From: an uncultured delta proteobacterium
GTDB taxonomy: Bacteria; Desulfobacterota; Binatia; Binatales; Binataceae
Direction of reading: 5' to 3'
Assembly (NCBI GenBank): GCA_963765675.1
Contig: CAVXXK010000006.1
Location: 352,001 to 416,000 of the forward strand
Length of the DNA: 64,000 nt
Shown: piece after piece, positions 52,623 through 61,150 of the stretch
Layout of the letters: the number at the start of each line of letters is the position of its first letter
Position numbering within the stretch: position 1 is the stretch's first letter
Translations under genes and position numbers: made by a program
The notes under the pieces: generated by a model
Databases searched by the model: none
Seen by the model: only the letters and a program-made list of their open reading frames with translations
Told to the model about the DNA's origin: nothing

Positions 52623-53588
52623 TCAATTTAGCAGATCCTTGTCGCTGCTGCCCGTGGTCTCGGTGCCACGGCGAGCGCGCACCCGGCGCACGTAATCCTT
52701 GAGCTCTTCCTGTGCTTTGCGGACGTCGCCTTCGTATTTCACGATCGTGTCGAGCGTTTCGTTGACCAGCTCCTGATCCAGGCTCTCGACGTTCAGCAAC
52801 GTCAGCGCCTTGACCCAATCGAGCGTCTCGGAAATTCCGGGCGTCTTCTTGAGATCGAGTTTGCGCAGCGACTGGACCACCGTGACGACTTCGTCGGAGA
52901 GCTTCTTGGCGGCGTCGGGCACCTTAAGCTTGACGATTTCGAGCTCCTGCTCGCGGCTGGGGAAATCGATATACAGATGCAGGCATCGGCGCTTGAGCGC
53001 GTCGGACATCTCGCGCGCGTTGTTCGAGGTCAGGATCACCAGCGGAATATGCTTGGCCTTGAGCGTTCCGAGCTCCGGCACCGAAATCTGGAAGTCGGAG
53101 AGCAGTTCGAGCAGGAACGCCTCGAACTCTGAGTCGGACTTGTCGATTTCGTCGATCAGCAGCACGCACTGCTTCTCGGAACTGATCGCCTTAAGCAGAG
53201 GGCGCGGCAGCACGAAGCGCTCGGAGAAGAACACCTCGTCCTCCTTCGCGATCCGGTCCACAGCTTCCTTAAGCCCCTTGGCGCCCGTCAGCACTTCGCT
53301 GATCTTGTCCTTCAGGATCTGGGTGTAGAGAAGCTGCTTGGCGTATTCCCATTCGTACAGCGCCTTGCCCTCATCCAACCCCTCGTAGCATTGGAGGCGG
53401 ATCAGCTCGAGGTCGAGCGCGGTTGCGAGCACCTTGGCGAGATCAGTCTTGCCAACGCCAGCAGGTCCCTCGACCAGTACCGGCTTCTTAAGCGAGGTCG
53501 CCAGATAGATCACGGTGGCGATGCGGCGGCTCGCGATGTAGTTATTCTTCGCGAATCGCGCGATAACGTCTTCGATCGATGAAAACAT
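52623..53588 (-). CDS. MoxR family AAA+ ATPase, CoxD-like
   Basis: EGPAGVGKT, RLQCYEGLD, LYEWEY, LLIDEIDKSD, LKRRC. Confidence 0.92.
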   Translation of the reverse strand: MFSSIEDVIARFAKNNYIASRRIATVIYLATSLKKPVLVEGPAGVGKTDLAKVLATALDLELIRLQCYEGLDEGKALYEWEYAKQLLYTQILKDKISEVLTGAKGLKEAVDRIAKEDEVFFSERFVLPRPLLKAISSEKQCVLLIDEIDKSDSEFEAFLLELLSDFQISVPELGTLKAKHIPLVILTSNNAREMSDALKRRCLHLYIDFPSREQELEIVKLKVPDAAKKLSDEVVTVVQSLRKLDLKKTPGISETLDWVKALTLLNVESLDQELVNETLDTIVKYEGDVRKAQEELKDYVRRVRARRGTETTGSSDKDLLN

Positions 53589-53703
53589 CCAACCTCCAAG
53601 GCGGTCGCGGCAAGCGCCCACGCTTCCGCTCGCAGATGAAATCCAATATCACGGCAAGTCCCATCGAGGAAACCCGGTCTTTTCCTCCTATTCGTTCTTT
53701 GTT

Positions 53704-53822
53704 TGTCATCCTGAACGGAGGTTGCCGCAGAGAAGGATCTCGCGAAGCGATTAGTGCGGAGAGCCTCGATTCTTTGCACTAATCGCTTCGCGGAGATCCT
53801 TCGCCTACGGCTCAGGATGACA
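53704..53822. repeat. 119-bp palindromic element TGTCATCCTGA...TCAGGATGACA
   Basis: Terminal 11-bp inverted repeat, GAAGGATCT/AGATCCTTC, and inner stem CGCGAAGCGATTAGTGC/GCACTAATCGCTTCGCG. Confidence 0.8.
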
Positions 53823-53876
53823 CCGCCGGAGTTTCTGCAAAAGAATCGTGCAGTTTCTTTCGCACTTCGCGCTGTC

Positions 53877-53913
53877 GGGATTCCTCGCGCGGCAGCCACG
53901 CGCGGGAATGACA
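53877..53913 (-). repeat. GTCATTCCCGCG-type palindromic half element
   Basis: Minus strand TGTCATTCCCGCGCGTGGCTGCCGCGCGAGGAATCCC, immediately after the oxidoreductase stop. Confidence 0.6.
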
Positions 53914-53920
53914 GAAAGGC

Positions 53921-55138
53921 TCAGATGTGCAGCGCTTCGAAGACCTGCTCGCCGCGCGCGAAGCGCTCGCGCGATAGAGCCGACGCGTCGAGCGCGCCGT
54001 AACTTCCGGTCGCGATAAGCTCCGCGAGCGCCTGCCCAGCTCCGTAGGATTGCATCACGCCGCGTCCGCTGAACGAATGCGCCTCGAAGATGCGCGGTGC
54101 CGCGCGTCCGACGATCGCGCTGCGATCAGGGCTGACTTCGTACAGCCCCGCCCATCCGGTCACGTGGCGCTGCCGCTCCATGCAGCTCATCCGCGCGTAC
54201 ATCCGCGGCCAGATTTCGGTCTGGAAAAACGCCTCGCCGTCGTAGTTGAAATGGTATCCGGGCGGCTCCTCCGGCGGCGAATATCCGGCCAGGATGTGCT
54301 GCCCCTCGTTGTGGAAATACACGCCCGAAGTATCGACGATCATCCCGTAGCGCTCGAGGTTGGTCACCCGGTTATCAACCAGGCAGATCTGCCGGCGCAC
54401 CGGCTCGCTATAGTTCTTGAGTCCGAGCAACCCGGTCGCGTATGGCGACCACGCACCTCCCGTGATCACGATCGCATCCGCACGGATATCGAACAGGCGT
54501 CCGGGCTCCGCTTCTCCCGGGCCGTCCTGCGTCAGCAGGCGCACGAGGCCCGCATCGGGCATCGCATCGTCGGCCCGCCAGCATCCCAGCCGCACGCCGT
54601 CGCTGCCGGACTCGATCGCGAGGACATAGACGCGATCGAGAAACTGCGCGCCATGCTTGAGCGCGCTCGCGCGATAATGCTGCTTCAGAAGATTCGGATT
54701 GATGAGCCCGTCCTTGGGCGAGAAGGTTGCGCCCGCGACCCCGTCGAGCTTGTCGATCTCCGGGACTCGGCGAGCGACTTCATCGGGCGAAAGCGTCTCA
54801 ATCGGATGCCCGAGGCCGCGCTGCAAATCGATGTGCGCGAGCGCGTCGGGCCAGGTCGCCGAATCGTAGAGCCACAGGTATCCCTTCTGGCGGAAGCCGA
54901 CTTCGCGCGCGATCGTTTCGTAATACTCAATCGAGGCGCGGCACAATCGGATATTGACCGCCTGCCACCAGGTCGCACGGACGCCGCCGGCATTCTTTTC
55001 GCTCGAGCTGAGCCGCCCGCTCAGATCGAGATCGACGGCAAGTGTCTTGAGCCCGCGCCCGGCAAGCGCCATCGCGACCGAGCTGCCGATAATCCCGGCG
55101 CCGATAAGGCATACGTCGAATCGCTCACCCCGGTCCAT
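53921..55138 (-). CDS. FAD-dependent oxidoreductase, DAO/sarcosine oxidase beta-like
   Basis: IGAGIIG, SSEKNAGGVR, WAGLYEVSPD, FSGRGVMQS. Confidence 0.88.
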   Translation of the reverse strand: MDRGERFDVCLIGAGIIGSSVAMALAGRGLKTLAVDLDLSGRLSSSEKNAGGVRATWWQAVNIRLCRASIEYYETIAREVGFRQKGYLWLYDSATWPDALAHIDLQRGLGHPIETLSPDEVARRVPEIDKLDGVAGATFSPKDGLINPNLLKQHYRASALKHGAQFLDRVYVLAIESGSDGVRLGCWRADDAMPDAGLVRLLTQDGPGEAEPGRLFDIRADAIVITGGAWSPYATGLLGLKNYSEPVRRQICLVDNRVTNLERYGMIVDTSGVYFHNEGQHILAGYSPPEEPPGYHFNYDGEAFFQTEIWPRMYARMSCMERQRHVTGWAGLYEVSPDRSAIVGRAAPRIFEAHSFSGRGVMQSYGAGQALAELIATGSYGALDASALSRERFARGEQVFEALHI

Positions 55139-55188
55139 ATCGCCAATATATCAGGCTCGGTCCGAGCCGCATCAGGAAGGCATTAAGG

Positions 55189-55250
55189 CGGCCACGAAGA
55201 CGCGGAGGCATTAGGCAAAGATTCTTTGTGTCTTAGTGTCTTCGTGGCCG
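55189..55250. repeat. Inverted repeat CGGCCACGAAGAC...GTCTTCGTGGCCG
   Basis: 13-bp perfect terminal inverted repeat with degenerate internal 8-mer units, in a divergent intergenic region. Confidence 0.6.
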
Positions 55251-55338
55251 GTCGGATCTGCCCGTTGGCTGGTCAATCCGCGAGCAATCCAGCCCCTCTT
55301 GTGCGGGCGCGGCGTTACCTGCCAAGTATGAAATACGT

Positions 55339-56124
55339 ATGTGTACGCTTGCGATTTACTTCCGCGTGGCGCCCGAATGGCCGGTCATTATCGCTGCCAA
55401 TCGGGACGAATTTCTTGACCGCCCCGCTCTCGACCCGACCGTGCTCAACGATGACCCGCACGTCGTCGGCGGCAAGGACCTGCGCGCCGGAGGCACCTGG
55501 CTTGGCCTCAGCGAGAGCGGCCTCGTGTGCGGGCTCCTTAATCGCCCAGTCGTTGATGGCGGCAATGCTCGCGCGCGCTCGCGCGGGCTGCTCTGTCTGG
55601 ACGCGCTGCGCTGTGCGAGCGCTGGAGACGCGGCGCGTTTCGCCGCCGCCGAGAACGGCGCGAACTACAACCCGTTCAATCTGCTGATCGCCGCGCGTGA
55701 CGCCGCGTTCGTCGCGTACAACCGCAACGGCGAGATCGAGTTGGTCGAGCTGACGCCGGGACTTCATATGCTCTCGAATCAGAATGTCGACGACTTCGAG
55801 TGCCCCAAGATCAGCCGCTCATATGGACGCTTCACCGAGCTTGGCCAGCGCGCCGACTTCCGGCGCGACCCGATTGCGATGCGCGCCGAGCTTGGGCGAT
55901 TGCTTGCGGATCACAGCGCCGAAGTCGATCCGCGGACCGGCCGCACCAGTTCGCTCTGCCTGCATCTGGACAACTACGGCACGCGATCCTCGAGCATGAT
56001 CTTTCTCGGCCGTGACCCCGATCGCGTCGAGCATTTCTTCGCGCCCGGAGCGCCGTGCAAGACCGCGTACGTGCAAGCCGCGACGCCGCATCCGGCGCAT
56101 CGCGCGGTGGCTCACGGACGGTAG
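55339..56124 (+). CDS. NRDE/TANGO2 family protein
   Basis: MCT N-terminus, AANRDEF, GGTWLG, SRG, YGTRSS. Confidence 0.92.
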   Translation: MCTLAIYFRVAPEWPVIIAANRDEFLDRPALDPTVLNDDPHVVGGKDLRAGGTWLGLSESGLVCGLLNRPVVDGGNARARSRGLLCLDALRCASAGDAARFAAAENGANYNPFNLLIAARDAAFVAYNRNGEIELVELTPGLHMLSNQNVDDFECPKISRSYGRFTELGQRADFRRDPIAMRAELGRLLADHSAEVDPRTGRTSSLCLHLDNYGTRSSSMIFLGRDPDRVEHFFAPGAPCKTAYVQAATPHPAHRAVAHGR

Positions 56125-56306
56125 TAGCCGACGACGCCCGCGATAACAAAACAGATGATCGCGATCGCTCCGCAGGCCAGGAAAATCGAGGCGAGAAAAG
56201 GCGGCTCAATCACGAAGAACAGCACAACGCCGGAGACGAGCGCAAAGAAGCTCGCGATAATCGCCACAACAACGCACATCCGCCGCACCTGCGCCGAAAT
56301 CGTCAT
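56112..56306 (-). CDS. Small two-TM hypothetical membrane protein
   Basis: 64 aa with two hydrophobic helices; fills the gap between annotated genes. Confidence 0.5.
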   Translation of the reverse strand: MTISAQVRRMCVVVAIIASFFALVSGVVLFFVIEPPFLASIFLACGAIAIICFVIAGVVGYYRP

Positions 56307-56367
56307 GGCAGATTACGGAGCTCCGCGGATGGATTTACGCGAGCGGGCGCGCCTGTTAGAAGTTCCG

Positions 56368-57487
56368 TGATGATCATTCCGCGCAACCCCTGCCTTCGGG
56401 TAGCGATTCCCGCTGTGCTCCTAATCGCGGTCGCTCTTTGTACCGCGCCCGCTGTGCGCGCTCAATCAGCCCCGGTCGTTGGAACCGGAAGCCTCGGCCA
56501 GGCCGACCTCAACTGGCAGCAGCGTTTTCTCGGAATTCTGCCGCTGGTCAAGCCCGATCCGAAAGACCCGGTGGTGGTCACGGTGGACGGCCATCCGATA
56601 ACCGCCGCGCGAGATCACCGACTACGCGCGGACCGAGCGGCAGATGATCAACGCGACTTCGAGCGAAGAGACCAAAGCGGTCTTCAAGGACGCTACCGAA
56701 AATCTGATCAATCGCCAGCTTCTGATCGACGAGGCCGCGCGGCGCAAAATCGTGATTCCCGATCCCGAGGTGGCCGAGCGGGCGCGCGAGTTCAAAGTCT
56801 CCGGCGGAGACTCGAACAGTCTCCCGGGCGCCGCGCCGGATCCGCAGTTGATCGAGCAAGTGCGCGGCTCGATGATGATCGAGAAGATGTTCGACGATAT
56901 CTTTCGCGAGCAGAAAGTCCGCCCGACCGACGCGCAGATCAAGCAGTACTACGACCAGCATCGCGATTTATTCGTCAAGGATCCGGGCGAGGTGAGAATC
57001 TCGCATGTCGCGGTCAAGCTGCCCGACAATCCGACCGACGCGCAAAAGGCCGCCGCCCACGACAAGATCCTGAAACTCTACAAAGAGGCGCAACACGCCA
57101 AGGACTTCGCCGCGTTCGCGAAGGCAAACTCGGAGGACAGCCAGTCGGCCGCCAAGGGAGGGGACCTCGGCTATTTTCATCCGGGCCAGTTGCCGCCCGT
57201 GGTCGAGAAGGCGGTTTTTGCGACCCCGGTCGGGCACCTCACGGAGATTTTCGAATCCAATCTCGGCTACAGCTTTATCAAGGTGACCGCGCGCCAGGGT
57301 GAGGACTTCCTGGCGCAGAAGGAAGTCCAGCCGAAAATCGCGATGGTGTTGCTCGACTACAATGAAGACGCCGTCGTGAAGAAAGACGCTCGAACAGTTG
57401 CAGCGCAAAGCGAAGATTGAATTCCGCAAGCAGCCCGGCGCGGCCGCGCCATCGCTCTCGGAGTCTGGTGAGCAAGCTCCCGACTGA
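56368..57487 (+). CDS. SurA/PrsA-like parvulin peptidyl-prolyl isomerase; frameshifts near 56607 and 57384
   Basis: Signal peptide, VVTVDGHPIT, then ISHVAV, FAAFAKANSED..SAAKGGDLG; correcting the second shift gives ...LQRKAKIEF...stop at 57487. Confidence 0.82.
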
Positions 57488-58342
57488 AATTTCCGCCGCG
57501 TTGATCGAGGACATTAACCGCACTCGCGGCACCAGCTTTCGTATCGCGCGCGCACGGCGCTCGCGGGCGAGTCGGGTGCGACCAGGATTATCCTCGATCA
57601 GAACGAACGAGAGCATCTTCTAAAATGGGGCTCGGGCGATGAGTTCCGCCTCTACGACGTCATCGCAATCACTACCGAGCTGGCGCGCCGCAACTATCCG
57701 CTGCCGGCCTATCTGCTGACAGGCGACAACCTCGATCTCAGATGGACGATTCGTCCGATGCTGCCAGGCCGCTCGATGGGCATCCTCGATGAGCGCTACC
57801 TCGCCCGGATTCTGGAGCTCAACGAGGCGCAGGCCGGCGCGGCTTCGTCTCTATCAGGAGATTGGCCGGCGAGGATCGTCGAAAGCATTCTGGACGGATT
57901 TCAAGAATGGTGCATTCTCGACACTTTTAGAAATCACTCGGCCGAGACAGCCGCGATGTTGTCGCAGATGCAGGAGCACGCTCGCGCCGCCGAGCGCTCG
58001 CACGTTGAGGCGCACGACGCGGTGCATTTCGATTTCAATCCGCAGAATATTCTGGTCGATGACGGCGCCATCACCGCCGTCATCGATTGGGAAGGATGCT
58101 GCCCTGGCGACCGCGCGTTCGACCTCGCGACGCTGTTGTTCTACTCGTACGACCGCGCGGAAATTCGTTCGTGTCTGCAGGAGCGTATGCGCAAACTCGC
58201 GTCCGCTGAGGCAACCGCGCTATATCTTTCGCACATGATAGTCCGGCAGCTCGATTGGTCGATTCGGCGTCACGCCGTGCCGACGGTTCAGCGCTACCTT
58301 ACGGTTGCACGGGATATCCTGCGCGACCTTCGCGCGAGCTAG
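57468..58342 (+). CDS. Aminoglycoside phosphotransferase/choline kinase-like protein; probable frameshift near 57550
   Basis: VHFDFNPQNIL and VIDWE motifs; the N-lobe (HLLKWG...YPLP) is in frame upstream of 57758; GTG at 57468 is in another frame. Confidence 0.7.
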
Positions 58343-59034
58343 CTCGGCTGACGCGCATATCGCGTCGGGTCGGGGACTCGCGCGGCGGCGAAACCTTGCG
58401 CTCGCTCCGCGCATTTGGTGCATCGCCCGCAATGCGTCGAGCCGCGAGGACTTGCGCACGTCAGCGTCAGCTCCAGGTGCAGCGCCCTGCCCTTCCTTAT
58501 GACTTGCGCCTTGGTCATCCCGGCAAATGGAGTTCGGATACGAAGCGGAAGTCCGACGCCGAGCAGAACCGCGCGCTCGACCGCGCGAAAGAATTGCGGG
58601 CGCGCGTCGGGGAACGGATTCGACTCGAGCGGAGCCATCGCGATTTCTCCGATTCGGTTGTGTGCGCAGAAGATCGCGGCCTTCACGAGCAGGCTCAAGT
58701 TGCGGCCGACGATATAGTTGGATTCGACTTTCGCACGATAGCCGGGAACGCCCCGGCCGGTGACACTCCAATGCTCGCGCGCGACATCGGTCATTGGAAG
58801 ATCGAGAACTGCAACCGGCTCGATTCGCGAGCTCGCGAGCGTCGCGATAAATTTTCTCAGCGTTGCGAGCTCAGCGCGCTCCCACTTAAGCCCGGCTCGC
58901 ACATAGACGGGAAAGACGTGACGGCCGCGACCAGCCAGCTCTGCGAGCATAACCGAGCTGTCGAGACCGCCGCTCGCGAGCACCGCAATTCGGGCGCGAA
59001 TCGGGGAAATGCGAAAGTTGCGAGCGGCGCTCAC
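58339..59034 (-). CDS. queC: 7-cyano-7-deazaguanine synthase
   Basis: SGGLDSS, GRN, FPD, TKAQVI, C-x8-CGRCTKC; GTG start overlapping the upstream stop. Confidence 0.82.
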   Translation of the reverse strand: MSAARNFRISPIRARIAVLASGGLDSSVMLAELAGRGRHVFPVYVRAGLKWERAELATLRKFIATLASSRIEPVAVLDLPMTDVAREHWSVTGRGVPGYRAKVESNYIVGRNLSLLVKAAIFCAHNRIGEIAMAPLESNPFPDARPQFFRAVERAVLLGVGLPLRIRTPFAGMTKAQVIRKGRALHLELTLTCASPRGSTHCGRCTKCAERAQGFAAARVPDPTRYARQPS

Positions 59035-59765
59035 GCGATCAGACGGCCGCCGTCGAGCACTATAGTGGAGCCGGTCGCGAAGTCGGTGCCCTCGCATAAG
59101 AACAAGATCGCGTTGGCGACGTCACGCGGCGAGCCCATCTTCTTGGTGAGCGTTCCCGCTACCATCCGCGTAATCTCGTCGGGCCCGTAGTCCTCAGGTG
59201 CGAGGACCGGTCCTAGCGCGACGCAGTTCACCTGCACCTCGGGAGCAAGCGCCTTCGCGAGCGAGCGCGTCAGTCCGATCACGCCGGTCTTGGAGACCGT
59301 GTACGGCAGATAATTGTTGTACGGGCGGATACCTGCCCAATCGCCGATATTAACGATCTTGCCGGCGCCCTGCTTGCGCATGTGCGCACCAGCGAACTTC
59401 GCGAGAAAAAACGGCGCCTTCAAGTTGATGTTGAGATTCGCGTCCCAGTCGCGTTCGGTCACTTCCTCGATTGGCTTGCGATAGAACACCGACGCCGAGT
59501 TGACCAGCACGTCGATTCGGCCGAAGTCCGCGACGACCGCCGCGACCATCGCCTCGATCTGCGCGACGCTTTCGAGATCGGCGTGAAAGGATTTCGCGTG
59601 CGCGCCAACCTCCGTGATCTCGCGCGTTGCCGCGTCAGCCTCGGCGCTCGAGGTGCGGTAATGCACGGCGATATCCGCTCCGCGCTCGGCCAGCGCCAGC
59701 GCGATCGCGCGGCCGACGCGCCGCCCCGCGCCGGTGACCAGCGCGACTTTCCCTTTAAGTTCCAT
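59031..59765 (-). CDS. Pteridine reductase-like SDR (FolM/PTR1 type)
   Basis: TGAGRRVG, VHYRTS, VNSAS, NIGD, YTVSK. Confidence 0.8.
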   Translation of the reverse strand: MELKGKVALVTGAGRRVGRAIALALAERGADIAVHYRTSSAEADAATREITEVGAHAKSFHADLESVAQIEAMVAAVVADFGRIDVLVNSASVFYRKPIEEVTERDWDANLNINLKAPFFLAKFAGAHMRKQGAGKIVNIGDWAGIRPYNNYLPYTVSKTGVIGLTRSLAKALAPEVQVNCVALGPVLAPEDYGPDEITRMVAGTLTKKMGSPRDVANAILFLCEGTDFATGSTIVLDGGRLIA

Positions 59766-59790
59766 CCGGTTTCGTCAGGCGCGCGCGATT

Positions 59791-61065
59791 TCAGTTTTGC
59801 GAGAGCTTCTGGATCGCCTTGGCCAGCGCGAGGTTGTCGCTATGCCCGGTCTTCGAGGCGGTGATGTGCGCGAATATCGGCCGGCCGAGCAGATACAGGT
59901 CGCCGATCAGGTCCAGCACCTTGTGCCGCGCAAACTCATCAGGAAACCGCAGCGTGGTGTTCACTACTTTCTGTTCGTCAACCAGGATCGCGTTGTCGAG
60001 CCGCGCGCCGCTACCCAGGCCCATCTCGTTGAGCTTGCGGAACTCGCGCACCGACCCAAACGTTCGCGCGGGTGCGATTTCTTTGGTGTACGCGTCGGGC
60101 GAAGTCAATTCGAAGTGTACCTTCTGCGCGCCGATCGGTTTCGGGTATTCGAGGATGTAATCGATAATCAGATGATCGGCGGGCTCCACAGCGATAAATT
60201 CGCGGCCCACGCCTTCCTCTCCAATCACAAATTTTTGATTGATCCGGATCGGCGCGATGAGCGCGGCCTGATCGGTGACTCCGACCTCTTCGATATGCTT
60301 GCAGAACTCGAGCGACGAACCGTCGAGCGCCGGCACTTCCTCATCGGTCTTGACCAGCAGATTGGTGATCCCAAACGCGTGCAGGGCCGACATCAAATGT
60401 TCGACCGTGCGCACTGAGCGGCCGCCCGACGCGAGCGTGGTGTTATACGCGGTATCGACCACGTTCTCGACCCGAACCTCGACCGCGATATCGTCGGAGA
60501 GCGAGGAGAAGACAATTCCGAATCCAATCGGCGCCGGATGCAGGATCACTCCGGTCTTGAGGCCGGTGTGCAGCCCTTGCCCGCCGAGCACGATCGAGCG
60601 CGCGATTGTGCGCTGCGCGAGCGCGCCGCGTTTGACGCGCGCCTGCGCGGACGGCAGCTCACCGGAAGGAGCGACTGCGCGGTCGCCGAGCGGTGCGGCG
60701 CTGCCACCGTCGAGTGCGCGCGAAATCGACGCGAGCAGGCCGTCAACTGAAAACGGTTTCTGGATAAAATCCGCCGCGCCGAGCTTGGTTGCCGCCACCG
60801 CGCTCTGAATATTCGCATGGCCTGAAATCATGATCACCGGTACTGCAGGCTGTTCGGACTTGATCCGCCGCAGAAGCTCGATCCCGTCGAGCTCGGGCAT
60901 CCATACGTCGAGCAAAACGATCGACGGCGCCTCGCGATGAATCAAATCCATCACGCCCGGCGCGTCTCCCGTGTCAACCACCCGGAATCCTTCGTCGCTT
61001 AATATTCCACGTATCGATGATCGGATCCGCTCCTCGTCATCCACCACCAGCACGGTTTCGTTCAC
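59791..61065 (-). CDS. lpxC: Receiver domain-LpxC fusion (UDP-3-O-acyl-GlcNAc deacetylase with N-terminal REC)
   Basis: aa 1-120 REC (D9-D10, D53, S81, K103); from aa 151 LpxC (QRTI, GLHTG, TVEH, PALDGS, APARTFG, HKVLD, GH). Confidence 0.93.
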   Translation of the reverse strand: MNETVLVVDDEERIRSSIRGILSDEGFRVVDTGDAPGVMDLIHREAPSIVLLDVWMPELDGIELLRRIKSEQPAVPVIMISGHANIQSAVAATKLGAADFIQKPFSVDGLLASISRALDGGSAAPLGDRAVAPSGELPSAQARVKRGALAQRTIARSIVLGGQGLHTGLKTGVILHPAPIGFGIVFSSLSDDIAVEVRVENVVDTAYNTTLASGGRSVRTVEHLMSALHAFGITNLLVKTDEEVPALDGSSLEFCKHIEEVGVTDQAALIAPIRINQKFVIGEEGVGREFIAVEPADHLIIDYILEYPKPIGAQKVHFELTSPDAYTKEIAPARTFGSVREFRKLNEMGLGSGARLDNAILVDEQKVVNTTLRFPDEFARHKVLDLIGDLYLLGRPIFAHITASKTGHSDNLALAKAIQKLSQN

Positions 61066-61150
61066 GATGCGTTCCTCTTCGCGGAAGATTTGGATCAGTG
61101 TTGTCGCGAGTTCCTGCTGACCGGAACGGCCGCTCGCGGCGAGATTCGCT

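Noticed and set aside
53704-53913. CRISPR array or structured ncRNA
   Set aside because: There are no regularly spaced direct repeats and no cas genes; the pattern fits dispersed palindromic repeats.
58339-59034. QueC-like anti-phage gene (QatC or CBASS Cap9 type)
   Set aside because: It has canonical QueC size and Zn motif, host-like composition, and no TatD, ATPase or cyclase neighbours.
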